A DNA stretch of 64,000 nt from Candidatus Fermentibacterota bacterium (GCA_963718745.1 OY970370.1:1095904-1159903); one strand, 5' to 3'. Shown: positions 48,101 through 57,009, counted from the first letter of the stretch. Numbers and translations are program-made. Notes: generated by a model not told the origin, from the letters alone.

Positions 48101-48954
48101 AAGGTTCCATCCCCTCCGTCCAGGACCAGTATCGCGGCCTCTTCGAGGGAATGCGTTTCGTCATGTACGTCGGGATCGAACTGGGTTCCGGGCCCTGTGA
48201 ACAGCCTGACCGAGGACGAGGGGGCGCCTGTGATCCCGATCCCGGCTGAATCGAGAGCCGATCCCGTCATGACATAGCACCCCGGCTGCAGGATCTCGAT
48301 CCTCGCCCAGGGCATTCCCCAGAAGGGGCTGTCGGACCGTTCACCGCGCGGAGGCCACCAAAGGACACCCCCGGGGCAGATCAGGTCGAGCGGAGAGCGG
48401 GAGAGGACCTCCGCCCCCGGGACGGCGTCCCACGAGAGCCTGAGGGTCGCTCCGGAGGCATAGCCCGAGTAGTCCCCGCCGTCGAAGGGATAGAAGGTCA
48501 CCATGGCGAGATCGACGCCCAGCGCCCGGACCACCTCCACCTCGAAGACTGCCGGAGGGGGAGCGGAGGGCGATTCGGGGTAGACCTCGATGGTGGACAG
48601 GCCCGAACCCTCGAGGAAGGGAGTCACTGCCGGCCTGCTCCGGGGCGGGACGGTGGCGGTACGCCTTCCGGTGACCGAATACTCGATGGCGGGAACGGTC
48701 CCCCCGGGAAGGGGTACGTAGAAGACGAGGGCCGGCCTCAGGAGGTCTCCCTCGATCATGGACATGGAAAAGCCCCGTATCTCCGGGTAGCAGACCTCTC
48801 CGTCGACGGTGAACGAGGGCTCTGGAACTGCGAATTCGACCGAGAAGCCGTCCCGTCCCGAGACCATGTGCAGCATCGTCCCGGTCTGCATGTTCTGTAC
48901 GGAGGCGATGACGGCGAGCAGCAGTGCAGTCAAACGGACTCCCCTCGAAACCAT
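45163..48954 (-). CDS. C25 (gingipain/PorU-like) cysteine peptidase family protein with a T9SS C-terminal sorting domain; paralog of the downstream gene
   Basis: 1263 aa from ATG 48954 (MVSRGVRLTALLLAVIASVQ signal peptide). Same architecture as the neighbour (VFVGDGHYDP, FFFGHGSHDQ, FASCDVGHFD) and a CTD (VVYPNPGSGPMCFSF...WDGLDADGDLPASGAYLYLL). The track ORF has a spurious 106-aa N-terminal extension. Confidence 0.8.
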   Translation of the reverse strand: MVSRGVRLTALLLAVIASVQNMQTGTMLHMVSGRDGFSVEFAVPEPSFTVDGEVCYPEIRGFSMSMIEGDLLRPALVFYVPLPGGTVPAIEYSVTGRRTATVPPRSRPAVTPFLEGSGLSTIEVYPESPSAPPPAVFEVEVVRALGVDLAMVTFYPFDGGDYSGYASGATLRLSWDAVPGAEVLSRSPLDLICPGGVLWWPPRGERSDSPFWGMPWARIEILQPGCYVMTGSALDSAGIGITGAPSSSVRLFTGPGTQFDPDVHDETHSLEEAAILVLDGGDGTFDPADSILFIGRSLSRFEPTQSAVLETIRLFHRYDLRNVYWLTWGGEPGRRMASVPAAPDGSPAWPGDLTSILFIEQEAIWFPDKEFDTGWVWTKLSSSFSSYFAFLAEQVSGRADLEFSLVPEGLGTFHHRFYLGGEMLADTTWSAGISRVFRLEDVPIIQGTNTFRIETVSGIYSSYDVYFDNLSVSYPRSRQDAGGADLLPTGAPAGRYNFGLQIEGSGPAMLFDCSNHLDVRILTGVTDVGGLTGFSLYARPGSRLLAVRGADLRTPSSISEASPGRIVGTLSGADAVIIAADELLEASAPLAVQMEAEGRSVALVALSEVYDEFGQGVSDPGAIRSFVAWTLDSWDPVPSDLVFVGDGHYDPLNRNTPEPVLFPAWILLTNGYSSGLNLDDCFAMTTAEQYLPEVPLSRIPADSPQDVSVYLSKTAAYRSRTAAGEWCNRVLLTADDEWGQGMIQSERAHTRSCELLSDTVISPSFERSKFYLVEYPWPGTGTHPFKPEAREDYVEELARGWLAVFFFGHGSHDQICHEKLLITSDIARIDNGPRQPLMTFASCDVGHFDLISTDCMAEEFVLRPGAGAVMTIAATRGTPTGANENLFSDMASILLDTSTVRTSHALWAAKMLNPANNTFQYILFGDGTLELCRPDQGSLVEIEGGTLRRGRLNSLLAPFPVDGTARVRVVESGAVVDYTCLSGHLLRYLKFGSTAFSGSFPTSGGILDTEFFMPLQSDTGAFGRASALCQESRGQTSDWREWIAVVDSGGHAQDSLGPLIELSLAGCRGAQPVSGPEPVLLAQLSDPSGICAFGGAAGRAILINLDSQAFDLSQYFAYEPGSSTDGGLEYRLPSLVEGTHRVIMVAWDGMGNASRDTLDFSVVDAPDDLLDEFVVYPNPGSGPMCFSFRTAAPGTAEVSIHTVAGRRIWRTSRELEAGYCQILWDGLDADGDLPASGAYLYLLRFEGGSGSETMQGVIGVVRD

Positions 48955-49042
48955 GATACTATCGCTCCCGGCGCACGGAGGGCAAGACCCTCGGACACGC
49001 GCGCCCCGGTCTCGACATATTACCTTACTCTGGGAGGACTGG

Positions 49043-50266
49043 ATGGGTTCCCTTTCCTGGCATCTCGCCTGGAGATACATCAGACGCCATCCCGAGAGGC
49101 GTACCGTGGCGCTCGCGTCGCTCGTGAGCGTTTCCGGCGTCGCTCTCGGCGTGGGCGCGCTCATAATCGTGATGAGCGTACTGGACGGTCTGGAGGGTTT
49201 CATCTCCGGTTCGGTCACGACCGCCGAGGCGCCTCTGGAGATCATCCCCCTGAGCGGCAGGGCCCTTTTCATGGATGACTCGGTCCTCGCCTCGATCGCA
49301 GCCCTGCCGGGGGTCGCATCGGTTTCCCCCTACGTCGAGGGCGAAGCCATCGTGAGGCTGCCGTCCAGGGACCTGGAGACCGGCTGCAGGATCAGAGGGA
49401 TTGACCCCGGACCCGGGATCGCGTACGCAGGGATAGACAGCAACCTGGTCTACGGCGAGCCCCGGCTGCTCATGGACGACGGCTTCCCGTGCACGATAAC
49501 GGGTCTCTACCTGGCGGAGGACCTGTTCCATCCCCTGGGGGACACGCTCATCTTCTTCCCCCCGGAGTCGTTCTTCACGTCACGGGGGTTCGCGATCGGC
49601 AGGGCGATCCTGGCCGGATCGGTCGAGACGGGACTGCCGGTCAACGACAGGGCACTTGCCTACGTGCCGATCGAACTCGCCTCGAGGATGTTCCTCCCCG
49701 GGGGTGGGTACAGCGGGATCGCCATCAGGCTGGACGATGGGGTGACTCCGGAGGAGGCGGCCCGGGAACTTCTCCCGTCGATGCCGGACAGCGCGAGGCT
49801 CCGGACCTGGAAGGAGAAGAACCCTTCTCTGGCGGCCTCGATGCAGCTCGAGAAGATGGGGTCCTTCGCGGCCATCCTCCTGATAACGCTCGTCGCCACC
49901 TTCAACATAACTGGGACCATCGCCCGCTCGGTCGTCGAGAGGCGGAGGGACATATCCATACTCAAGGCGATGGGCGCCACGGGCAGGCTGGTCCTCTCGG
50001 TCTTCGTCTGGGAGGGCGCGCTGGTGGGCCTCTCGGGGGTCGCCCTCGGCCTCGGGATCGGCCTCCTGGGCTGCTGGTTGATAGGAGGCACCGGAATCCT
50101 CACGCTCCCGGACGTCTACTCCTTCCACGATCACATTCCCGTATCGGTCATCCCCGCAAACGTCGCAGCGATATGCGCATTCTCGTTCCTCCTGAGCATG
50201 GCTTCGGCGGTCGTCCCCGCACTGAAGGCCGCCGCCCTCGATCCGCTCAGGGGTCTCAGGGGATGA
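49043..50266 (+). CDS. FtsX/LolE-like ABC permease (MacB-type periplasmic core domain) with no adjacent ATPase
   Basis: 407 aa from ATG 49043 (a GGGAGG upstream) reading MGSLSWHLAWRYIRRHPERRTVALASLVSV... It has the LolC/E N-terminal TM helix, a periplasmic domain and a C-terminal FtsX bundle. Confidence 0.8.
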   Translation: MGSLSWHLAWRYIRRHPERRTVALASLVSVSGVALGVGALIIVMSVLDGLEGFISGSVTTAEAPLEIIPLSGRALFMDDSVLASIAALPGVASVSPYVEGEAIVRLPSRDLETGCRIRGIDPGPGIAYAGIDSNLVYGEPRLLMDDGFPCTITGLYLAEDLFHPLGDTLIFFPPESFFTSRGFAIGRAILAGSVETGLPVNDRALAYVPIELASRMFLPGGGYSGIAIRLDDGVTPEEAARELLPSMPDSARLRTWKEKNPSLAASMQLEKMGSFAAILLITLVATFNITGTIARSVVERRRDISILKAMGATGRLVLSVFVWEGALVGLSGVALGLGIGLLGCWLIGGTGILTLPDVYSFHDHIPVSVIPANVAAICAFSFLLSMASAVVPALKAAALDPLRGLRG

Positions 50267-51261
50267 CGGCCGCGCTCGTCGCGACCTCGGCTGTCGTACT
50301 GCTCTATTCCTTCTCGCCCGTGGACTCGTGCAGGAGCAGGATCGATCTGGCGAGGATCTCCGACGAGGCGGTCCTGTACGCCGAGCTTGCAGCCAGGCAG
50401 GGCGGCGACGGCCCGATAGTCTTCGCCAGGCTCCTCGAGGTTGCCGGGAGGTTCGAGGATGCCGCCGCCGCCTACGGGATCGCCCTGGGCGGAGCGGAGG
50501 AGGAGGCCACCCGCAGCTGGCTCTCGGACAGGCGTTCGGGATCGATGCCCATCGACACGGTCCTGGTGCTCACCGCGGTCGTACGGAACGCAGGCGCCAC
50601 CCCCGCGGTCGACCTCATGATGGTGATGCCCCTCCCCAGATCCCATCCCCCCTATCAGACGATCGACCTCCTGACAGGCCTGTTCCGGGAGGAGGACGGC
50701 CGTCTGGCCTGCATGATCGAGCGGCTCGACCCGGGGGTCTCCCGGGAGCTCACGGTGATGATCCGCCTGAGGCAGCGCCCGTATACGTTCAGGCCGATAC
50801 CGGATCCGATCGGGGACACCCCGTTGGACGAGATCGCCGCCCTGCTGGGTGGAGCGACGATACCCACGGACTGGAGCGGGACCGGACCATGCCTCGACAT
50901 GGCTTTCGACTTCAGCGAACGGGCCGCTCTGCTGGGTCTTGCGGCAGGAGTCGAGGGAGGTCTGGTCCGGCGCGGAGACAGCCTGGTCTTCCACGCATGG
51001 AACCTGCTGCTCGCGGGAGTCCCCGGGATGCCGCTGGATCCGCTCATGTTCCAGACCGACAGCCTGCGCGCGATCGGGCACTGCCCGACCGACGTGATAC
51101 CCCTCTGGGATCTCGGCTCCACCGGCGGGCACGAACTGAGCGCCTGCTATCCGGGACAGGAGGCCGAACTGGAGATCACGCTCCGGGCCGGGTTCGCCCC
51201 CCTGGACCCGGGCGGCATCCTTTTCAGGCTCCTCGAAGCAGCATCCGGGATCGGGGAGTGA
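50263..51261 (+). CDS. Transglutaminase-like (papain-fold) domain protein with an N-terminal signal/anchor
   Basis: 332 aa. Start overlaps the permease stop (ATGA). Hydrophobic N-terminus MTAALVATSAVVLLYSF. Putative Cys-His-Asp triad in GTGPCLDMAFD ... LVFHAWNLL ... QTDSL. Confidence 0.55.
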   Translation: MTAALVATSAVVLLYSFSPVDSCRSRIDLARISDEAVLYAELAARQGGDGPIVFARLLEVAGRFEDAAAAYGIALGGAEEEATRSWLSDRRSGSMPIDTVLVLTAVVRNAGATPAVDLMMVMPLPRSHPPYQTIDLLTGLFREEDGRLACMIERLDPGVSRELTVMIRLRQRPYTFRPIPDPIGDTPLDEIAALLGGATIPTDWSGTGPCLDMAFDFSERAALLGLAAGVEGGLVRRGDSLVFHAWNLLLAGVPGMPLDPLMFQTDSLRAIGHCPTDVIPLWDLGSTGGHELSACYPGQEAELEITLRAGFAPLDPGGILFRLLEAASGIGE

Positions 51262-51308
51262 TCCCTCCCGCGGGCGCCGACAGACCATTTCCCGAAGGAG
51301 GATCCCTC

Positions 51309-53150
51309 ATGAGATCCCGTATCGCACGCCTCCTCCACTGTGCATCGATCACCCTCGCGGCTGCGCTGTCAGTCGGATGCGGCACCCCTGGGGGCGCCGG
51401 TGCGCCCGATGCGGACGGAACTGCCTCTCGATACATAGAGGCCATCGGGGGCGTGGAGGTCGTCGGGAATCTCCGGAGCATCCACACGGTCGACAGCGTC
51501 TGGATGGCCGGGCTGGCCGGTACGAGCGAGTCCTGGTGGATCCGGCAGCCTTTCGCCGGCCGGATCTCGATGAGGATCGGCCCGGTATCACAGGAGCTCC
51601 TCATCTCCGGAGACAGCGTCTGGTCTGTCGACAGGAACGGAGTCCTGTCGAGCGGAGACGGCATGGCGCGGTCCCAGGCGGCCCTGGCCAGGCTGACGGT
51701 ATTCCAGGACGCGTTCCTCGATCCGCAGGCCCACGGGGTCACCGCCGGACCGGACACCGTCCTCGACGGACGCGAGGCGGCCAGGCTCGATTTCGAGGCG
51801 GGTGGCATCCCCGTGACCTATTTCTTCTCGCGTGAGTCGGGCCTTCCGGTTCTCATCCGCACCGAGGCCCTCGGGATGGAAGTGCTCTCGAGGCCCGGCG
51901 GCTTCGTGGAGACAGGCGGCATGCTGTTCCCGGGGTTCACATCCGACAGCATCCCGGCGCTCGGGCAGGCCACCAGGTCTTCGAGCGTGCTCATCGAATG
52001 CAATCCCGCCTTCCCGGACAGCGTGTTCATGATCGCGGCGGGCTCGGGGGACGCGGAACTGCCGCTGCCGGGGGTTCCCCACCGGTTCGATCTGGACGGC
52101 TCTCACATCTACCTGGCGGGAACCGTCTGCGGGCGAGAGATCGACATCCTGCTGGACTCGGGGGCGGGAGCGACCGTGCTCGACGCCTCGGTGGCCTCCG
52201 GACTCGGTCTGGTTCCGGCGGGCGGGTTCAGCGCGATGGGCGTCGCAGGGACGGAGACGTTCGGATTCGCCGAAGTGCCCGAGTACTCGGCCCTGGGCGC
52301 GACAGTCCGGGGACAGACCCTGGCCGTCATGGATCTCGACGCGGCCTTCCATCCGTCGACCGGACACCACATCGGGATGATCCTGGGCTACGACTTCCTG
52401 AGCCGCTTCGTCACTGCGATCGACTACGGGGCGGAAACCATCACTCTCATATCCCGGGAGGGATTCACTCCCGGCGGAGGAACCATCCTTCCCGCGGAGA
52501 GGATCATGAGCGTCCTCGTCGTGGATGCGGTCCTGGAGGACTCCATCCCTGTGAGGCTGATCCTGGACACCGGAGCAGGAGGCGCGCTGCACCTGGGTGC
52601 GGACTTCCTCGACTCGCACCCTGGCTTCATGAGGGGGAGGGAGACCCGTGCGGTATCGGTCGGAGGGGTCGGGGGACGCAGCGAGACGAGCGTGTTCCGT
52701 GTGGGAACGGTGACCCTCGGGGATTTAAGGGTCCCGGCCGGCCTGTCCTCCTCGATCGGAGACCTCCCTGTCGTCTCCGGCTGCGACGGGATCCTGGGGG
52801 CCGCCGTGCTGGCGAGGTTCGTGGTCTGGCTCGACTACGGAGCGCCGAGGGTGATCCTCGAGAGATCGTCCCTCTTCGACGAGGGTCTGCCGGAGGACAT
52901 GGCGGGATTCGCTGCGGAGATCGACGGAGACGAACTCGTCGTCACCGAAGTGATGGAGCTCTCCCCGGCGGATGAGGCGGGCCTGTCGGAGGGAGACAGG
53001 ATAGTCTCGCTCGACGGGGTGGAGATCGGAGCCGATCTCCCGGCCCTCGACTCCCTGATGAGCGGCGGGGAGGGGGACGAGAGGCGCCTGTGCGTGCTGC
53101 GGGGATCCGAACTCAGGGAGCTTTCAGTCGTCCTCCGCGCGCTTCTCTGA
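51309..53150 (+). CDS. Lipoprotein with two retropepsin-like (clan AA) aspartic protease domains and a C-terminal PDZ domain
   Basis: 613 aa, with an AGGAGG 8 nt upstream. Signal peptide plus lipobox (...AAALSVGCG). Two D-S/T-G-A active-site motifs (ILLDSGAGATVLD and LILDTGAGGALHL). PDZ-like C-terminus (GLSEGDRIVSLDGVEIG). Confidence 0.7.
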   Translation: MRSRIARLLHCASITLAAALSVGCGTPGGAGAPDADGTASRYIEAIGGVEVVGNLRSIHTVDSVWMAGLAGTSESWWIRQPFAGRISMRIGPVSQELLISGDSVWSVDRNGVLSSGDGMARSQAALARLTVFQDAFLDPQAHGVTAGPDTVLDGREAARLDFEAGGIPVTYFFSRESGLPVLIRTEALGMEVLSRPGGFVETGGMLFPGFTSDSIPALGQATRSSSVLIECNPAFPDSVFMIAAGSGDAELPLPGVPHRFDLDGSHIYLAGTVCGREIDILLDSGAGATVLDASVASGLGLVPAGGFSAMGVAGTETFGFAEVPEYSALGATVRGQTLAVMDLDAAFHPSTGHHIGMILGYDFLSRFVTAIDYGAETITLISREGFTPGGGTILPAERIMSVLVVDAVLEDSIPVRLILDTGAGGALHLGADFLDSHPGFMRGRETRAVSVGGVGGRSETSVFRVGTVTLGDLRVPAGLSSSIGDLPVVSGCDGILGAAVLARFVVWLDYGAPRVILERSSLFDEGLPEDMAGFAAEIDGDELVVTEVMELSPADEAGLSEGDRIVSLDGVEIGADLPALDSLMSGGEGDERRLCVLRGSELRELSVVLRALL

Positions 53151-53173
53151 ACAGGGATTCCGCTCCGCCGCGC

Positions 53174-54553
53174 TCAGATCTCGATTCCGGGCAGCAGCGG
53201 CTCCAGTGCCTCGAAGAACTCGGCGACCCCGGCTCCCGCCGGGATTCTGCCGTCGAGTACCATCTCCTCCAGTTCCGAGACAAGCCGCCCCACCTCGGGC
53301 CCCCTCGCAGGTCCGAGCAGCGCACGGAGGCGGTCGCCGACCACCTCTGGCACGAGACGCCTCTCGAGCATGTCGGGGGACAGGCGGGTGCGGAGCTCGC
53401 GGAGCAGGGCGAGCCTCCTCCGGGCGGAGGTCCTCTCGCGGCATTCGGAGTCAGCCTCGGAGAGGGTCAGGAGATCCGCGAGGAATGCCCCGGCGTCCCT
53501 CGCAAGCCTCCTGACGGCGCTGTCGCTCCATTCGGACCTGTATTCGGCGGGCCTCTGATGCAGCCTCACGAGGCTGGAGACGGAAAGCCTCCTGGCCCGG
53601 GGGAACCTTAGCCTGCCGCCTGCCATGAGGGCGAGTTCGGCTCCGGTTTCGGGATGACCGTGGTAGTGGATGGACCCGCCCTCGTCCACGCTGCGACGGA
53701 AGGGCTTGCCCGAATCGTGGAAGAGGGCTGCCCACCTGAGGTCCAGCCTGGGCGGAGTGTTCCCGAGCACGCAGAGGGTATGGCTCCAGACGCCCTCGAC
53801 GTGATGCTCTCCCGGGTCCTCTCCGTCGCTCCCGGCGAGGGGTGCCAACTCCGGGAGGACCACGGTGAGAAGGTCGAGATCCGCCAGGGATGACATGCAT
53901 GCCGCCGCACCCCTCCCGTCGGCGATCCCCATCATGCCGTCCATCTCCTGGAGCCACCTCTCCACGGAGACCTCCCTGAGGGAGTCCGCCCGCGACCTCA
54001 CCGCCGACTCCAGGTCGGGATGGAGGGCGAAGCCGAACCTGCCCCTGAACCTGACAGCCCTGAGCATCCTCAGAGGGTCCTCGGCCATCGTCACGGCGGG
54101 ATCGCAGGGAGTCCGGAGCATCCCCGCCGAGAGGTCCGCGATCCCTCCGCAGGGATCCACGAGACCGCCCTCTCCGTCCATCGCGATCGCGTTGATCGTG
54201 AAATCCCTGCGCATAAGGTCGTCTTCCAGAGACAGCCCGAACCTCACCCTGGGCTTCCTCGACCCTTTCTCGTAGCGCTCGGCGCGGAACGTCGTGATCT
54301 CGGCCTTCACGGTGATCCCGTCCGTCTCGAGGATCGCGGCTATGGTCCCGAACCTGCGGCCGACATCGTAGGTCCGTATGCCGGACTTGGAGAGGATCTC
54401 CACGGTAACCTCGGGTGCCGCGCCGGTAGCGAAGTCGAGGTCGGTGGACGGCAGGCCCAGGAGCCTGTCGCGGACTGTTCCGCCCACGAGATAGAGCTCT
54501 GCGCCTGCGTCACCGAATGCCCTGAAAAGTATCTCTTCTGCTCCCACCGCCAC
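53174..54553 (-). CDS. cca: CCA tRNA nucleotidyltransferase / poly(A) polymerase family protein
   Basis: 459 aa. Pol-beta-like head GGTVRDRLLGLPSTDLDFAT, then an HD domain. Confidence 0.8.
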   Translation of the reverse strand: MAVGAEEILFRAFGDAGAELYLVGGTVRDRLLGLPSTDLDFATGAAPEVTVEILSKSGIRTYDVGRRFGTIAAILETDGITVKAEITTFRAERYEKGSRKPRVRFGLSLEDDLMRRDFTINAIAMDGEGGLVDPCGGIADLSAGMLRTPCDPAVTMAEDPLRMLRAVRFRGRFGFALHPDLESAVRSRADSLREVSVERWLQEMDGMMGIADGRGAAACMSSLADLDLLTVVLPELAPLAGSDGEDPGEHHVEGVWSHTLCVLGNTPPRLDLRWAALFHDSGKPFRRSVDEGGSIHYHGHPETGAELALMAGGRLRFPRARRLSVSSLVRLHQRPAEYRSEWSDSAVRRLARDAGAFLADLLTLSEADSECRERTSARRRLALLRELRTRLSPDMLERRLVPEVVGDRLRALLGPARGPEVGRLVSELEEMVLDGRIPAGAGVAEFFEALEPLLPGIEI

Positions 54554-54630
54554 CTCCGGCCTCCAAGGATAGCATGGAAGGGGCGGGAGTGGTTATTTTT
54601 GACCGATGTCACGAAACGGGAGGATGGAGA

Positions 54631-55362
54631 ATGAGAATCGCCGCGCTGCTTGCAGCACTCGCTTTCGCGGGCGCATCTCCGGCCCGGGCCGGGTGGTTCG
54701 TCGACGGTGAGACGGGAATGGCCTGGTCAGGCTACAACGATGTCCGGATCCCCGGCGAAGGGGGCACCGAGTTCTCGCTCACCGAAGACCTCGAAACGGA
54801 CCCCGCGCTGTATGCCAGGCTGAGGTTCGGAAGAACCTTCGGGCGCCACGAGGTGAGCATTTTCGCCGCCCCACTGAGGTTGGAGGCCCACGGCGCCGCC
54901 GACTCCGACATCCTCTTCAACGGCAGTCTCTTCCCGGCGGGGACGGAGCTGGATGCGCACTACCGGTTCGATTCCTACAGGCTGACATACCGCTATGCCC
55001 TCATCCAGCGTGACGGCCTGGGCCTGTCGCTCGGACTCACCGCGAAGATCCGCGACGCGGCCATAGGGGTCTCCGGCGGCGGGACGGAAACGGTCGAGAC
55101 CAACACGGGCTTCGTCCCTCTCGTCAGCTTCGGCCTGGACTGGAGGGCATCGGGCCCCATGCACGCGATCATCGACGGCGACGCGCTGGTCGGACCGGTC
55201 GGCAGGGCGGAGGACGTGTTCCTGGGTCTGGGATGGGCTTTCGACCCCACCGGGCGGCTCTCGATCGGCTGGAGGTTCGTAGAGGGCGGAGCCGACGTCG
55301 ATGAATCCTACAATTTCACGATGATCAACTTCGCCGCTCTCGGCTACCGGCTGACCTTCTAG
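54631..55362 (+). CDS. Hypothetical outer-membrane beta-barrel protein
   Basis: 243 aa from ATG 54631 (a GGGAGG upstream). Signal peptide MRIAALLAALAFAGASPARA. Alternating amphipathic strands and a C-terminal ...YRLTF. Confidence 0.6.
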   Translation: MRIAALLAALAFAGASPARAGWFVDGETGMAWSGYNDVRIPGEGGTEFSLTEDLETDPALYARLRFGRTFGRHEVSIFAAPLRLEAHGAADSDILFNGSLFPAGTELDAHYRFDSYRLTYRYALIQRDGLGLSLGLTAKIRDAAIGVSGGGTETVETNTGFVPLVSFGLDWRASGPMHAIIDGDALVGPVGRAEDVFLGLGWAFDPTGRLSIGWRFVEGGADVDESYNFTMINFAALGYRLTF

Positions 55363-56345
55363 TGCCGGGCGGGCTGCCGGGAAAGGCTCTGGGGCTCCTG
55401 CGTGAGGCGCTCTCGGTCAGCCTGACGCTCTTCAGACTGATGATCCCTGTGATCGTGGCGGTCAAGCTCCTCTCCGAGACGGGTGCGATCGAGTGGACGG
55501 GGAACCTCCTGTCACCCCTCATGGGTCTGGTTGGTCTGCCCGGAGGAATGGGGCTCGTCTGGGCCACCGCCATGATCACCAACCTCTACGGCGGGATAGT
55601 CACCTTCGCCGCCCTCGCCCCGGCCGAGCACATGTCCGTCGCCCAGGTGACCGTCCTCGGAACGATGATGCTCGTGGCGCACTCACTGCCCGTTGAGCTC
55701 GGTGTGGCCAGGGGGGCCGGCGCGAGGCTCGGATTCATGCTCCTTCTCAGACTGACGGGTGCTTTCGCGCTCGGGGCATTGCTCTCCACCGTCTTCGACT
55801 GGTGCGGCTTCCAGGGCGGGGAGGCGGTCATCCTCTGGAAACCATCCGCGACGGCCGGCGGACTCGGGGGCTGGGCGCTCGGACAGCTGCGGAACCTTGT
55901 CGCGATCTTCCTGATGGTTACGCTTCTCATCGCTCTGCTGAAGGCATTCCAGAGGACGGGGGTCACCGCGCTCATCGACAGGGTCCTGCGGCCGGTGCTC
56001 GTCTCGATGGGGATTGGACCATCCGCGTCGACCATCACGATCTTCGGGATGATCCTGGGTCTCTCCTACGGCGGCGGGCTGATAATCAGAGGAGCGAAGT
56101 CAGGCTCCATCCCGCCCCGGGACGTCTTCTTCTCTCTATGCCTGATGGGTCTGGCGCACAGCGTCATCGAGGACAGCCTGCTGATGCTGTCGCTCGGGGC
56201 GAGCGCCTGGGGTGTGTTCGGGGCGAGGATCGCCTTCGCGTGGGTGGTCCTGGCGGTGCTGGTCAGGCTGGTCCGGAGGCTGCCGGACAGGGTTTTCTTC
56301 CGTTGGTTCTGCCACGCACCCGACGCGGGATCCCGGCCCGCCTGA
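55362..56345 (+). CDS. Membrane protein with nucleoside-recognition (Gate) domains (SpmA/SpmB/YjiH-like)
   Basis: 327 aa. GTG start overlapping the upstream stop (taGTG). Polytopic and Gly-rich, as in the Gate/nucleoside-transporter family. Confidence 0.6.
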   Translation: MPGGLPGKALGLLREALSVSLTLFRLMIPVIVAVKLLSETGAIEWTGNLLSPLMGLVGLPGGMGLVWATAMITNLYGGIVTFAALAPAEHMSVAQVTVLGTMMLVAHSLPVELGVARGAGARLGFMLLLRLTGAFALGALLSTVFDWCGFQGGEAVILWKPSATAGGLGGWALGQLRNLVAIFLMVTLLIALLKAFQRTGVTALIDRVLRPVLVSMGIGPSASTITIFGMILGLSYGGGLIIRGAKSGSIPPRDVFFSLCLMGLAHSVIEDSLLMLSLGASAWGVFGARIAFAWVVLAVLVRLVRRLPDRVFFRWFCHAPDAGSRPA

Positions 56346-56451
56346 GGATCGGTCCGCTCTCACTCAGAGCCTGCAGGCCCACTCAGGTCCGGACCAGTGA
56401 TCGCCCCCCTCATCAGGGGTGGCCTCCCGGGGTCCGGGCGGGTCGGCCGGG

Positions 56452-57009
56452 CTAGCCGGAGACGAGCCTGCGCCCTGCCTCGAAGGCGCTCTCCAGCAGC
56501 TCCGGCCTCGAATCCAGCTCCTCCGGTTCCCCGAGCCCCTCTCCCAGTATCCTCCCGGCCGGGTGGAGACCCACCATGTCCAGGGCGCCCTCGAACGAGT
56601 CGAACGAAGACCGGAACAGAGCCGGGTCGTCCGCTCCCTGGGTATAGATGGTGAGCAGCGGCACGCCGCCTCCCAGGCGGGAGACGAATCCGGGGCCGAT
56701 GAAGGCGAAGAGCCTGTCGGTGAATGCCTTGATGAACGAGGTCGGCGAGTGCATGTAGACGGGCGAGCCGACGACGACTGCGGTGCAGTTCCTCAGGTCT
56801 TCATAGATCGCCTGCATGTCGTCATTCTGGACGCAGACGCCATCCTTCCTGCACGCATAGCATGCCCTGCAGCCCGAAAACGACTCAGAGCCCAGGTGGT
56901 GGAGAACGGTCTCCGCACCAGCCTGCCTCGCGCCTTCGAGAGCCCTCTCTACCAGCCTTGTCGAGCTACCCGGTCTCCTCGGGCTGCCAGCGATACCTAC
57001 CACCTTCAT
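56452..57009 (-). CDS. Iron-sulfur flavoprotein (Isf-like), NADPH-dependent FMN reductase fold
   Basis: 185 aa from ATG 57009 (an AAGGAG 7 nt upstream). Flavodoxin-like MKVVGIAGSPRR... and a compact Cys cluster CRACYACRKDGVC (CX2CX2CX5C). The track ORF adds 19 aa upstream. Confidence 0.7.
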   Translation of the reverse strand: MKVVGIAGSPRRPGSSTRLVERALEGARQAGAETVLHHLGSESFSGCRACYACRKDGVCVQNDDMQAIYEDLRNCTAVVVGSPVYMHSPTSFIKAFTDRLFAFIGPGFVSRLGGGVPLLTIYTQGADDPALFRSSFDSFEGALDMVGLHPAGRILGEGLGEPEELDSRPELLESAFEAGRRLVSG

